From a virus (taxonomy: Duplodnaviria > Caudoviricetes): a stretch of 64,000 nt of DNA. The translations under genes were made by a program, and so were the position numbers. Below are positions 53,620 through 63,724 of this stretch, in pieces. The DNA lies in the IMG/VR virus record IMGVR_UViG_3300037195_001552, positions 697 to 64,696 of that record. One strand, 5' to 3'. The first letter of the stretch is position 1. Every line of letters begins with the position of its first letter. The notes below the pieces were generated by a model. That model searched no databases and had not been told where the DNA came from. It saw only the letters and a program-made list of their open reading frames with translations.

Positions 53620-53850
53620 ATGGCCTCAAACGATCCCTACTCGGGAAGTGGAAAAGGAGCAAGCGGAAAAATGCCCAAAGGAAAAGGAAATAGTTCTCGC
53701 TATGGTCGCGGTGGATCTTCTGGATCCAAATCTCACGCCTCCAGCGGCAACGGTCCCAAGTCCAGCTATCCCCCGCCCAAGAACAAGCACACCAAACGCG
53801 GTGTCGTCGGTATTGCGAAGAAGGGCTACGGCGCGGCCTGTTGTCAGTAG
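53620..53850 (+). CDS. small G/S/K-rich basic protein
   Basis: AGGAG RBS; ends RGVVGIAKKGYGAA. Confidence 0.6.
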   Translation: MASNDPYSGSGKGASGKMPKGKGNSSRYGRGGSSGSKSHASSGNGPKSSYPPPKNKHTKRGVVGIAKKGYGAACCQ

Positions 53851-54045
53851 ATGGCTGACGTTTTTCGTGATACTCTTTCCGCTATTCGGGACGAGCGGAA
53901 AGAGCTGGCTGAAGAAATAGCCGACGGTCGTTGTTCAGACTTTGCGGATTATCGTAACAAGTGCGGTATTCGCGAAGGTCTGGGTAATGCAGAAAGAATC
54001 CTAGTTGAAGTCCTGCAGAAAATAGAAGGTGATGATGATGACTGA
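53851..54045 (+). CDS. conserved small head-module protein
   Basis: G.CSDFADYRNKCG..EGL pattern, commonly upstream of GroES-like genes. Confidence 0.65.
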   Translation: MADVFRDTLSAIRDERKELAEEIADGRCSDFADYRNKCGIREGLGNAERILVEVLQKIEGDDDD

Positions 54046-54388
54046 CTCTTTCTTGCCCCGACCACAGGGCTGGAAGATCTTGATCAAGAAGCACAAACCC
54101 AAGGAAAAGACAGAAGGCGGTATTCTTCTACCGGATATGAGCAAAGATGCAGAGGGTTACCTGTCCGTTACCGGGCAGGTCGTGGCTCTTGGCCCGCTTT
54201 GCTATACCGATCGGAAGACCGGCGAACCTTGGTCGAGTGGCCCTTGGTGCAAGGTCAAGGATTGGGTGATCATACCCAAATTTACACAGTTTAAGATGGA
54301 TATTGATGATGATGAGTATCGCATTGTCAATGATGATGAGATCATTGCAACCATCAAGGACCCCACGCGGATCAAGGTCTACGCCTGA
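54029..54388 (+). CDS. groES: GroES/Cpn10-like co-chaperonin
   Basis: PQGWKILI, KTEGGILLP, GQVVALGPLCY, YRIVNDDEIIA. Confidence 0.85.
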   Translation: MMMMTDSFLPRPQGWKILIKKHKPKEKTEGGILLPDMSKDAEGYLSVTGQVVALGPLCYTDRKTGEPWSSGPWCKVKDWVIIPKFTQFKMDIDDDEYRIVNDDEIIATIKDPTRIKVYA

Positions 54389-54412
54389 CCGCGCAGAAAT
54401 AAAGGAAAAACT

Positions 54413-54691
54413 ATGGCTACCGGAATGGATTTCAGCTCGGCCCTCCACGGGCTCAAAACTGGACACAAAATGGCCCGTGAGGGCTGGAACGGCAAGGGGA
54501 TGTTCATCTTCCTCGTACCCGGCAGTGTCTTCAAGGTCAATCGCCCCCCGCTTTTGGGCATCTACCCCGAAGGTACCGAAATCAACTATCATGGTCACAT
54601 CGACATGAAGACGGCCGACAACGTGGTCGTCCCCTGGCTGTGCAGCCAGACCGACATGTTGGCCGAGGATTGGGAGATTGTCGATGACTGA
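54413..54691 (+). CDS. DUF2829 / Tad2-family putative nucleotide-signal sponge
   Basis: MDFSSAL..LK.G.K.AR.GWNGKGMF...PWLCSQTDMLAEDW. Confidence 0.8.
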   Translation: MATGMDFSSALHGLKTGHKMAREGWNGKGMFIFLVPGSVFKVNRPPLLGIYPEGTEINYHGHIDMKTADNVVVPWLCSQTDMLAEDWEIVDD

Positions 54692-55634
54692 CACAGATAC
54701 CGATTGGGAAGCTGATGATTCCTTGGAAAAGGATCTAGGCCCGGCTGAAAACAAGAAACCTGCCGATGATGAGGATTTCTCCGATTTCCTTGACATTGTT
54801 GAAGACGACGATGACGAGGATAAAGGCGGGGGCATCCAGGACGATGAGCCGGAAGAAGAGGAAGAACTGGAAAAGGGCGACAACCGCTATCAAAAGCGAA
54901 TTGATCGCCTTGTGGCAGACCGTGGTACGGCGGAACGTGCTTCCCAGGCTCAGGCCATAGAGAACCAGGAACTGCGAGAACGCCTTGAACGACTTGAAAG
55001 TGGCCAGACTGACAATAAGGTTCAGAATTTCAAGCATCGGTATCAGGCTGTTCGCAATGCGCTCCATACCGCCCACGAGGAGGGCGATAGCACCAGGGCC
55101 GTCGAACTTACTGAGCAAATGGCGGACATGCGGGCTGCGGCCCGTGTGGCTGATGCTCAGCGGCAGGCTGCGGTGATGCGGCGGCAACAAGAGCAGGCTT
55201 ATATGGGCGCGGCAGGGGAGGAGGCCCCGCCGCAACTTGCGATGGAGTGGTGGAACAAGCGTCGTTGGTTCAACACCCCGGAACATGCTGGCGAATCGGC
55301 CTACGCCCGTCAGGTTGATATACAACTTGAGCGCGAGGGCTTCGACAAGTTCTACCCCGAATATTACGACGAGCTAGATCGTCGTTTACAAGCGAGATTC
55401 CCTGAGTTATACTCCGATTCTACGAAGAAGGCCAAAGGGAAGAAACGAGCCTCATCTCCAAGTGCCCCGACCAGAGGGCAACGTCGGAAAAGCTCCAAAT
55501 TCTCCAACGATGGTCGAATTCGTATGACAAGAGGAGAACTTGAAGTGGCAAAGTCACTGGGTCTTACTTCCAAAGAAGCTCTTAAGGAATACGAAAAAGA
55601 ACTTCGTATTTCTCGGGCTAACCAGGAGGCATGA
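54678..55634 (+). CDS. capsid scaffolding protein
   Basis: Acidic N-terminus, YQKRIDRL coiled coil, and C-terminal LEVAKSLGL...Y.K motif. Confidence 0.75.
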   Translation: MSMTDTDTDWEADDSLEKDLGPAENKKPADDEDFSDFLDIVEDDDDEDKGGGIQDDEPEEEEELEKGDNRYQKRIDRLVADRGTAERASQAQAIENQELRERLERLESGQTDNKVQNFKHRYQAVRNALHTAHEEGDSTRAVELTEQMADMRAAARVADAQRQAAVMRRQQEQAYMGAAGEEAPPQLAMEWWNKRRWFNTPEHAGESAYARQVDIQLEREGFDKFYPEYYDELDRRLQARFPELYSDSTKKAKGKKRASSPSAPTRGQRRKSSKFSNDGRIRMTRGELEVAKSLGLTSKEALKEYEKELRISRANQEA

Positions 55635-56110
55635 TCATGGCTGAAACATCAAGAGCTTCTAAAGAACTCCATCCCAATCGCGAGCACGAGGCTCGCGCCG
55701 ATGTGTGGATTCAACCATCTACGCTTGATGCTCCTCCGGCACGACCGGGGTATCGTCAACGCTGGGTGGCCACCCAGATCCTAGGGAAAGACGTTCCACA
55801 TCACGCCATGCGGCGACAACGTGAAGGCTGGACTCCCCGGCCAATCGACACGATTCCTGAAGACTTTCCAGTTCCCACCATTGCTCACGGGCAATGGGAG
55901 AACTGTATCGGGATTGAAGGCATGATTCTGTGCGAACTTCCCGAGGAAAGAGGCAAACTTCGCGATGAATACTTTGCCGGAAAGAACAGGGAACAGAACG
56001 AGTTCGTTGATCGTCAGCTCGACAATGTCGAACGGGGCGGAGGAGTGAAAATCGAGCGTGATCAGCGATCCCATGTTCACAAGGGAACGCTGATTGCTGA
56101 CGACGATTAA
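55631..56110 (+). CDS. conserved head-module protein
   Basis: LDAPPARPGYRQRWV...REGW...GMILCELP...RDEYF. Confidence 0.7.
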   Translation: MIMAETSRASKELHPNREHEARADVWIQPSTLDAPPARPGYRQRWVATQILGKDVPHHAMRRQREGWTPRPIDTIPEDFPVPTIAHGQWENCIGIEGMILCELPEERGKLRDEYFAGKNREQNEFVDRQLDNVERGGGVKIERDQRSHVHKGTLIADDD

Positions 56111-56130
56111 CCCCTAGGAAGGAATCCACA

Positions 56131-56697
56131 ATGGCGAATACTGATTCTGCCCGTGGTTTCTGGCCTGTCAAACATCTGACAGGCGGCTTGATCCGAGCGA
56201 ACAAGCACACTATTGCGACTGGCTTTGCGACAAACATCTTCAAAGGTGACGTGGTGAAGTTGGTGGCGGCTGGTGGCATCGAAGACGCTGACGCGGGTGA
56301 CCGTGTTCTTGGTATCTTCAACGGTGTGGAATACACCGACGCTTCGGGCAATGTCGTCTTCAAGAAGTATTGGCCAGCCAGTACCACGGCGACCAATATC
56401 AAGGCATACGTCTATGACGATCCCAACATCGTCTTTGCCGTACAACAGGCCACGGGTGGTAGCGTCGCTACCACTGACGTTGGTCTGCTGGGTGATCATG
56501 TTGCCGGTACGGGCAGCACGACCACCGGCCAATCGGCCCATGAACTGAGCGGAACCATCACCACAGGGGCGGCGGGCTTCCGTGTTCTTGGCCTATGGGA
56601 CGCCCCCGGCAATGCCTACGGCGAACACGCCAACCTCTTGGTCCAGGTCTTTGAGCACGAGCTCGCTGAGCATGGCCAGGGTACACCGGGAGTCTAG
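56131..56697 (+). CDS. capsid decoration / minor capsid protein
   Basis: MANTDSARGFWPVK...IFKGDVV...GIFNGVEY...VYDDP; lies before the MCP. Confidence 0.7.
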   Translation: MANTDSARGFWPVKHLTGGLIRANKHTIATGFATNIFKGDVVKLVAAGGIEDADAGDRVLGIFNGVEYTDASGNVVFKKYWPASTTATNIKAYVYDDPNIVFAVQQATGGSVATTDVGLLGDHVAGTGSTTTGQSAHELSGTITTGAAGFRVLGLWDAPGNAYGEHANLLVQVFEHELAEHGQGTPGV

Positions 56698-56700
56698 ACC

Positions 56701-57606
56701 ATGGCACAGAATCGCGCGCAATTTGCAAAGCAACTTGAGCCGGGTCTTAACGCCCTGTTCGGTCTCACCTACAAGCAGTATCCGAATCAGTGGAAGACTG
56801 TCTTCGACTTTAATACGTCGGAAAAGGCGTTTGAGGAAGATGTCCTGATGGAGGGCTTCGGCGAAGCTCCCGTCAAGGAGGAAGGCTCGTCTATCCAGTA
56901 TGATACGGCTGCTGAAGTATGGACAGCCCGCTATAATCATGAAACCATCGCCCTGGCCTTCTCGATCACTGAGGAAGCCGAGGAAGATGGTCTTTATGGT
57001 TCCTTGGCAAAGAAGTACGTCAAGGCGCTGGCTCGCTCCATGAGTCACACCAAGGAGATCAAGGCCGCAAACATCCTGAACAATATGTTCACGTCCGGTA
57101 CGGGCGGCGACGGTGTTGTTCTTGGTTCGGCCGCTCACCCGACCACGGGTGCTGGAAACCAGTCGAATATCCTGGCGACGGCTGCGGATCTTACGGAAAC
57201 CTCGCTCGAGACTCTACTTATTCAGATCTCGAACATTAAGGATGACCGTGGTATTCCCGCTGCTGCCATTGGTACAAAACTGGTTATTCCGCCCGCTCTG
57301 GTCTTCATCGCCGAACGCGTCCTGGGGTCGAACCTCCAGAACGACACGGCTAACAACGCCATCAATGCGAACAACAGTCTCGGCATGTTGCCGGGTGGCG
57401 TTCACGTGATGCAGCGCCTTACCGACACCGATGCTTGGTTCATCTGCACCGATGTCATGGACGGTCTCAAGCACTTTGAGCGCCTTGCCATGAAACGCGG
57501 TATGGAGGGCGACTTCGAAACCGGCAACGTTCGGTACAAGTGTCGTGAACGGTACAGCTTTGGCTGGACCAACTGGCGTGGTATCTTCGGTACCGCTGGC
57601 GGTTAA
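56701..57606 (+). CDS. major capsid protein (Mu gpT-like family)
   Basis: QLEPGLNALFG, SEKAFEE, ARYNHETIALAFSITEEA, GDFETGNVRYKCRERYSFG. Confidence 0.9.
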   Translation: MAQNRAQFAKQLEPGLNALFGLTYKQYPNQWKTVFDFNTSEKAFEEDVLMEGFGEAPVKEEGSSIQYDTAAEVWTARYNHETIALAFSITEEAEEDGLYGSLAKKYVKALARSMSHTKEIKAANILNNMFTSGTGGDGVVLGSAAHPTTGAGNQSNILATAADLTETSLETLLIQISNIKDDRGIPAAAIGTKLVIPPALVFIAERVLGSNLQNDTANNAINANNSLGMLPGGVHVMQRLTDTDAWFICTDVMDGLKHFERLAMKRGMEGDFETGNVRYKCRERYSFGWTNWRGIFGTAGG

Positions 57607-57626
57607 TTCTCCACCGCCTATCCAGG

Positions 57627-57662
57627 AAGCTCCCCGGTGACCCACTCGCCGGGGGGTTTTTT
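57627..57662 (+). terminator. intrinsic terminator after the MCP
   Basis: CTCCCCGGTGA/TCGCCGGGGGG stem followed by T6. Confidence 0.8.
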
Positions 57663-57663
57663 G

Positions 57664-57760
57664 TTGCACTAAGACCTAAATTCGAGTAACGTATCGTCAG
57701 TTCGGCTGAAACGCTTGGGGTGACCTAATCAAAGGCCCCCGTCATTGAACGAAAGGTTCA
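57664..57760 (+). ncRNA. candidate structured RNA element downstream of the MCP terminator
   Basis: Non-coding 100 nt with short stems (TCAG-TTCGG-CTGA; GGGG...CCCC). The position matches the described Mu-gpT downstream element, but the sequence match is not verified. Confidence 0.3.
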
Positions 57761-57763
57761 CAA

Positions 57764-58714
57764 ATGGCTTCTCCAGCTCTTACGTCCAATTACCCCAATG
57801 GCTTCCGCGGCGGCGTGTCCGTTCTCGGTGCCCCGATTCTCAATACCTACGGTGGCAATCTCTTTTGGGTCGACTCCGGTTCAGGTTCCAATGGCAACAA
57901 GGGTACCCACGACCAGCCCTGGGCTACGATCGACTATGCCGTCGGCAAATGCACAGCGAACAACGGCGACATGGTGATGGTCAAGGCCGGTCATTCTGAA
58001 ACCTACTCCGCTGCCGCTGGTGCCACGCTTGACGTTGCTGGTGTTCATTTTGTCGGCTTAGGCACTGGTTCTGACCGTCCTAAGATTATAATGGACACCG
58101 CTGCAACGGTTGATATCAATGTCACCGCTGCCAATTGCGGTTTTCACAACTTTCAGTTTGAGGCCGGTGTCGCCGATATCGCTAAGATTTTCCACGTTAC
58201 CGCCAAGAACTTTGTGGTTAATGGCTGTGAATTCCGTGAACAGGCTGCCACAGAAAATTGGGTGCTGATTATTGATTGTGATGGCACCACCAATAACGAA
58301 TGTGATGGTCTCCAGTTTACGAATAATGTGGTTATTGGCGCTGATACGGCCAATCAAAATGTTGTGAAAATCGCTGCCGATCTTACCGGTCTCGTGTTCA
58401 GTGACAACTACATCGAACTCGGTATTCTTGATAATGACGCCATGATTGAAGTTCTTACTGGTAAAGACCTTCGATCCTGCCGAATCATGAACAACTTGTT
58501 CTATCGGCTCAATACCGCTGGTGAGTTGCTCATTAATGTGGATACCGGCACAGCGAATACTGGTATTGCTGCAAACAATCTATTTGGTTGTTTAGATGTC
58601 AATGGAGTTGTTCTAATTGAGACAACTACTCGCATTATGCACTTCGAAAACTATGTCACGGGTGTGGCTGATGAATCTGGTTACCTTGATCCTGCGGCAG
58701 GTGCCGATTCATAG
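57764..58714 (+). CDS. virion structural protein with pectin-lyase-like beta-helix
   Basis: TSNYPNGF N-terminus, WVDSGSGSNGNKGT..QPWATIDYA, parallel beta-helix repeats. Confidence 0.7.
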   Translation: MASPALTSNYPNGFRGGVSVLGAPILNTYGGNLFWVDSGSGSNGNKGTHDQPWATIDYAVGKCTANNGDMVMVKAGHSETYSAAAGATLDVAGVHFVGLGTGSDRPKIIMDTAATVDINVTAANCGFHNFQFEAGVADIAKIFHVTAKNFVVNGCEFREQAATENWVLIIDCDGTTNNECDGLQFTNNVVIGADTANQNVVKIAADLTGLVFSDNYIELGILDNDAMIEVLTGKDLRSCRIMNNLFYRLNTAGELLINVDTGTANTGIAANNLFGCLDVNGVVLIETTTRIMHFENYVTGVADESGYLDPAAGADS

Positions 58715-58767
58715 TAATCTGACCTAGGGGGGAGCCGTAGCTCCCCCCGCTTGGAGAGGATATAAAG

Positions 58768-59712
58768 ATGAGCCAACATGTCAAGGCCATCGCTCTCGCC
58801 CCCACCGCGCTCGATCGTAATGGGATTTCAGTCGCTCAAACTCTTGCTTCTGGTGATTTAGAATTTCTTCAGGCTGGGGCGTTGGCTTCAGGTTTGGATC
58901 GAAATGGTATCGCCACTAGTCAAACCCCCAGCGACACCACTGCCCTAACCCTTGACGGTACTCTTGGAAAAACCTTTTCTAGCGGTACTCGGGTCTCCAT
59001 TTTTGGTGGTTCAAATGAAAGTGGCAAAACCTTCACGGTCTTGGGCAAGGATAAAACGGGCGGCATTATTTCAGAGACCATTACTGGTCCCAATGTAACC
59101 ACGGTCATGGGGGCCACCACCTTTTATCAAATAACCAGTATTACGCCTTCTGAAGCCACCACAGGGGCTATCGAGGTGGGCGTCAACGGCACTACCACCT
59201 TAACTACCCCGCAGCATGTGACGATCTTCGGGGCCAATGACGAAAGTACGGTGACTTTCACGATCACCGGCACTGATCGTTACGGTAATACAATGACAGA
59301 AGATATCACTGGTCCCAATAACACTACAGCAGCAGGAGAAAAGAATTTTAAAACAGTTACTAAGGTCGTAGGTAATGGAGCCACGACAGGTAATGTTGAG
59401 ATCGGTATCAATGGACTTGCTGAATCTCAATGGTATGTGTTGAATTATCGTGGGGGTGATTTTAAAGTAGGCATCGGAACTGATGTCTCCTCATCGGCGA
59501 ATTTAACTTATGCGGTGCAGCATACCTTCAGTGATGTCTTTGCATCAGGATTTGCTGAAGATGATGCCGTGGTGCTTACTCATTCGACTCTTACAGGGGA
59601 AACCACCAATCAGGATGGGAACTATACTGAACCTCCTGTAGCTATGCGATTGGCAATCACGGCCCATACTTCTGGGTCTGTGAATATGCGAATCGTTCAG
59701 GCGAGGAGTTAG
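58768..59712 (+). CDS. Thr/Gly-rich virion structural protein
   Basis: Internal duplication (ETITGPN.../EDITGPN...). Confidence 0.65.
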   Translation: MSQHVKAIALAPTALDRNGISVAQTLASGDLEFLQAGALASGLDRNGIATSQTPSDTTALTLDGTLGKTFSSGTRVSIFGGSNESGKTFTVLGKDKTGGIISETITGPNVTTVMGATTFYQITSITPSEATTGAIEVGVNGTTTLTTPQHVTIFGANDESTVTFTITGTDRYGNTMTEDITGPNNTTAAGEKNFKTVTKVVGNGATTGNVEIGINGLAESQWYVLNYRGGDFKVGIGTDVSSSANLTYAVQHTFSDVFASGFAEDDAVVLTHSTLTGETTNQDGNYTEPPVAMRLAITAHTSGSVNMRIVQARS

Positions 59713-59853
59713 ATCATGGCCGTGATGATAGGATCATTTTGCAGAATGCCATTATCGATCTGCCACGTGAAGTCAACATATTTTTGATAATTTGGGCGGC
59801 ACCAGCTTGATCGATTTTAATGCAAGAGTTATCGGCTATAGGCAATATCCATA

Positions 59854-60528
59854 ATGGCAACTTCAGGCACCTTCACATGGCGACCCGACATTGAGGAAAT
59901 TATTGTCGAGGCGTATGAACGCTGTGGGGTGGATGCTCAAATTCTTACCGGCTATCAGGCACGGGCGGCACGGCGCAGCTTGAATCTCATGTTCACATCA
60001 TGGGGCACAAAGGGCGTCAACTATTGGACGACTTCTCAGGTATCCGAGACCGTAACTGAAAGCACGGCGACCATTACCTTGGACGTGGGGACTATTGATG
60101 TTCTTGACGCAGTCCTGCGCCGGAGCAATACGGACACCCCGATGCAGCGGATATCCATGTCGGAATATCATCAGCTCCCGACCAAGACCACAGAGGGCCT
60201 GCCCAGTTCCTTTTTCTTTGATCGTCAATATACGCCTCAGATCTATCTCTGGCCGGTGCCGGAGAATTCTACGGACGCTTTTGTTTACTGGCAGCTCAAG
60301 CAGATTGAAGACGTTACGGCCTCCAACCAGGATGCGGATGTGCCTTACCGCTGGACTGAGGCCATGGTATCTGGTCTTGCAGTTCGGCTCTGCACCAAGC
60401 AGAAAACTATTGATGTGAATCGTCTTACTGTGCTCAAAGAACAAGAGATCGAAGCCTTTCGCGATGCAAGCGATGACGAAGGTGAAAAATCAAATCTTCG
60501 TATAATTCCACCGAGGCAGATGTGGTGA
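59854..60528 (+). CDS. head-tail adaptor / tail tubular A-like protein
   Basis: MATSGTF...IEEIIVEAYERCG...ARRSLNLMF...W...G.NYW. Confidence 0.75.
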   Translation: MATSGTFTWRPDIEEIIVEAYERCGVDAQILTGYQARAARRSLNLMFTSWGTKGVNYWTTSQVSETVTESTATITLDVGTIDVLDAVLRRSNTDTPMQRISMSEYHQLPTKTTEGLPSSFFFDRQYTPQIYLWPVPENSTDAFVYWQLKQIEDVTASNQDADVPYRWTEAMVSGLAVRLCTKQKTIDVNRLTVLKEQEIEAFRDASDDEGEKSNLRIIPPRQMW

Positions 60529-60529
60529 C

Positions 60530-61117
60530 ATGGTCTATTATGCAACGGGCCGCAAATCACGAGCTATATGCGACCAGTGCGGGTTCGAAGTTTCATACAT
60601 CACGCTCAAGACACAGTGGGATAACCTCCGTGTTTGTCCCAAGTGCTATGAGCCAAAGCACCCGCAGCTTGAGCCCCGAAATGTGGTTGATGCCCAAGCT
60701 CTTTGGCAACCCCGGCCGGACCGTGATGGAGATCTCACTAAATTCCGCGTTGGGGACTCCATCGGAGAAAAACCCCTCCAGATCAACAGCTTTGCGGGTT
60801 CGGTTATTCCTACAATCGATCCAGGCACGGCTGGGTCTGCGGCCACCTTCTCCGACGGAACAGTTTCCGTTAAAATTGACAGTAACGCCAATGTGTCGGG
60901 GTCAGCAGCTACTTTCTCCACTGGAAGTGTTGTTCCAACCGTTGATCCAGGAGCAGCCGGATCAGCGGTTACCGCATCTGATGGAACAGTCATTCCAACC
61001 GTTGATCCAGGAGCAGCCGGATCAGCAGCAACCTTCTCTATTGGAACAGTCACAATCTTCATCGACGCAGGAGCCTGGGGTCATGATGCCTGGGGGGACA
61101 ATACGTGGGGTGATTAG
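60530..61117 (+). CDS. virion protein with CxxC/CxxC N-terminus and 20-aa tandem repeats
   Basis: AICDQCGF...VCPKCYEPKHPQL; a 34-nt exact repeat at 60933-60966 and 60993-61026. Confidence 0.7.
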   Translation: MVYYATGRKSRAICDQCGFEVSYITLKTQWDNLRVCPKCYEPKHPQLEPRNVVDAQALWQPRPDRDGDLTKFRVGDSIGEKPLQINSFAGSVIPTIDPGTAGSAATFSDGTVSVKIDSNANVSGSAATFSTGSVVPTVDPGAAGSAVTASDGTVIPTVDPGAAGSAATFSIGTVTIFIDAGAWGHDAWGDNTWGD

Positions 61118-61735
61118 ATGACCACCTATACCATCTTACTTCAGGATGCTCAGGACTGGTATGAGGATGATAGCACTGATTTCGTCGCTGAAATACCATC
61201 CATTATCACCCGTGCTGAGGAGCGAATTTTCAAGGACATACCAAATCTTCCTTCCTTCCGTACCACGGACACGGGATCTTTGGTTGCATCAACTGCGACA
61301 TTGGCCAAGCCTATGGGCCTTCGGGTTACTCGAGGCATTTCCCTCACTGTTAGTTCTTCCGAGACTTTTCTTGAACGACGTATAGATTCATATCTTAGAG
61401 ATCTTTATCCAAATGCTTCTACTGAAGGACAACCGACCGTATATTCTGAAGACGATGAAACTAACTTTCGTTTAGCCCCCACTCCCGATACGACTTATAC
61501 TTATACGGTTTATTATCAACGTGTTCCTACTGGATTATCTGCTTCCAATGCTACAACAGAAATCGGTACGAATTACTATGACATGCTGCTCTATTGTGTT
61601 TTGTGGCGCTCCGGGTTATTTTTGAAGGACTATGATGCTGCTAAAGCTCATCAAGCCGACTATGAAGCAGAAGCCGCAAGAGTAGCCGCCGAAGTCCAAC
61701 GCATGTACGCGAACGAATACGGATCAGGAGCTTAA
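61118..61735 (+). CDS. head-tail joining protein
   Basis: MTTYTILL..AQDW.E...I..AEERIF...LAPTPD..Y. Confidence 0.7.
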   Translation: MTTYTILLQDAQDWYEDDSTDFVAEIPSIITRAEERIFKDIPNLPSFRTTDTGSLVASTATLAKPMGLRVTRGISLTVSSSETFLERRIDSYLRDLYPNASTEGQPTVYSEDDETNFRLAPTPDTTYTYTVYYQRVPTGLSASNATTEIGTNYYDMLLYCVLWRSGLFLKDYDAAKAHQADYEAEAARVAAEVQRMYANEYGSGA

Positions 61736-61736
61736 C

Positions 61737-62156
61737 ATGGCTAATACACAAGCAGTCTGTACTAGTTTCAAATCGGAACTCCTAAATAAAGAGCACGATT
61801 TGAATACCGACACTTTTAAAATTGCTCTCTATACTTCCAGTGCGACCGTAAATGCTACTACGACAGCGTATTCCGCTACCAATGAAGTTTCTGGAACGGG
61901 ATATACGGGAGGAGGGGCTACTCTTTCAGGTGGAGCGATTGCAACAACAGGAACTGTTGCATACATTGATTTTACAGATGTTTCTTGGACCACGGCCTCA
62001 TTTACGGCCAATGCGGCTCTTATCTATAACTCATCAGCTTCTAATAAAGCTGTCATGGTCATAACCTTTGGGGGTGATCAAACAGTTGTAACGGGAACCT
62101 TTACTATCGTATTTCCTGCGGCAGACTCTTCCAATGCTATCCTACGTCTAGATTGA
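61737..62156 (+). CDS. virion structural (tail-associated) protein
   Basis: QAVCTSFKSELL...TFKIALYTSSA...NEVSGTGY. Confidence 0.75.
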   Translation: MANTQAVCTSFKSELLNKEHDLNTDTFKIALYTSSATVNATTTAYSATNEVSGTGYTGGGATLSGGAIATTGTVAYIDFTDVSWTTASFTANAALIYNSSASNKAVMVITFGGDQTVVTGTFTIVFPAADSSNAILRLD

Positions 62157-62166
62157 TAGGTGAAAC

Positions 62167-63435
62167 ATGGCTTCTTCAGCATCAGACCTTATCAAATTTG
62201 AGAAAATGGCGACGGGCGAAAAGTCCGGAACCTGGGGAACTTTGGCCAACAAGGCGATGTCTCGGCTTGAAGAAGCCATGCACGATATCACCAACATTAG
62301 CTTGAATGCTCTCGGTGGCGCGAACTACACTTTGGACGACACCCAATACGAAGAGCATGATGATTCCACACCGGCCCAGGAGTCTCATGTGGCGGCGATT
62401 AAAGCCACAGGAACACTAGACGCCAACGAAGTCATCCTTGTTCCGGCCCGTAATCATATCTATTGGGTATGGAATGCAACCAGTGGTTCTTTCACCGTAA
62501 CGGTCAACATTAGTGGTGGAGCAGGGGTTGAGGTTCCACAAGGTTATCTTGCAGCGGTTCTTGCCGACGGCACCAATGTTGAAGCTCTCACTCCCCCGGT
62601 ATCTGCCACTGGAGCAATGACCATGTACGGTCGTGAATTGTTCCTAGACGCTGATGGCGATACGAGCATCACGGCTGACACCGATGACCAGATTGACATC
62701 AAGATTGCCGGAGCGGATGATTTTCAATTTACGGCCAATACACTGAGTGTGTTATCCGGCAGCACATTAAATATTGATAGTGGCGCGACCATTGCTAACA
62801 GTGGGACTGCTACGGGGTTTGGTGGTGTCGATACAACCGGCACTCCAGCCAACAATCAGCTAGCGATATTCACTGACGCGGATACCGTGGAGGGTGACTC
62901 CAATCTGACATACGACGGCACCGATCTGATCCTTGCTGGCGGTAATATCAACGTAAGCAGCGGTAACGGTATTGACTTCAGTGCTACGGGCGATAGCAAC
63001 GCCGGTATGACCAGCGAGTTATTCGACAACTACGAAGAGGGCTATTACGATCCTGTTCTTGGGGGTGGTACATCTGGAACATTCACAGCGGCTGCTGGCA
63101 ACAATACGCTTGCCTATACGATCATCGGGCGTTGCTGCTACATCAGGGGTAGCCTCCACATTGATAGCGAAAGTTCTCCGGTGGGTATGGTCCAAATGTC
63201 CCTGCCCGTGGCCATCGCCAGTCTGACTGATAGCGCGGAAACAGGATATATTTCTGGTGCCTTCGTGACGAACACTGGCGGGACACACCATCTTATAGTG
63301 GGCTACTTGGAGGCTTCCAATAACACTGTCAGGTTTTATGAATTCGATACTGAGTACGCCGCGAATGGTTTGGATGCTACTGAGGTAGACACGAGTTTTG
63401 GAATCCGTTGCAATTTCTGGTACGTTGTTGACTGA
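62167..63435 (+). CDS. tail fibre protein
   Basis: GEKSGTWGTLANK anchor N-terminus, DADGDTSITADTDDQIDIKIAG repeat, and C-terminal FDNYEEG domain. Confidence 0.8.
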   Translation: MASSASDLIKFEKMATGEKSGTWGTLANKAMSRLEEAMHDITNISLNALGGANYTLDDTQYEEHDDSTPAQESHVAAIKATGTLDANEVILVPARNHIYWVWNATSGSFTVTVNISGGAGVEVPQGYLAAVLADGTNVEALTPPVSATGAMTMYGRELFLDADGDTSITADTDDQIDIKIAGADDFQFTANTLSVLSGSTLNIDSGATIANSGTATGFGGVDTTGTPANNQLAIFTDADTVEGDSNLTYDGTDLILAGGNINVSSGNGIDFSATGDSNAGMTSELFDNYEEGYYDPVLGGGTSGTFTAAAGNNTLAYTIIGRCCYIRGSLHIDSESSPVGMVQMSLPVAIASLTDSAETGYISGAFVTNTGGTHHLIVGYLEASNNTVRFYEFDTEYAANGLDATEVDTSFGIRCNFWYVVD

Positions 63436-63457
63436 TCTAATACGAAAGGATGAAGAC

Positions 63458-63724
63458 ATGGGTAAACTTGCACGGCGTCAAGTGATCGACCGGAAGGAAG
63501 TGCTTGAAAATGGCATTATCCAATTACGAATAGCGAATATCGTTTCAGACGATGGTGTCGATTTCAGCAAGACTTACGTCGGTCGGCGTTTGATCCATCC
63601 TGGCGATGACGTAAGTGCTGAGTCTCCGGAAATACAGGCTCTTTGCGCTCTTGAGCACACGCCTGAGAAGATCGCTGCTCAGGAAGCACGAGTAGCGGCC
63701 AGTAAGGCCAGGGGCGTGCCATGA
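63458..63724 (+). CDS. tail fibre chaperone-like protein
   Basis: EVLENGIIQLR...DDGV.FS...RRLIHPGDDVS.ES.EIQA.C pattern. Confidence 0.7.
   Translation: MGKLARRQVIDRKEVLENGIIQLRIANIVSDDGVDFSKTYVGRRLIHPGDDVSAESPEIQALCALEHTPEKIAAQEARVAASKARGVP

Noticed and set aside
59713-59853. Possible gene remnant between structural genes
   Set aside because: Only short frames without a convincing RBS or motif; cannot be supported.
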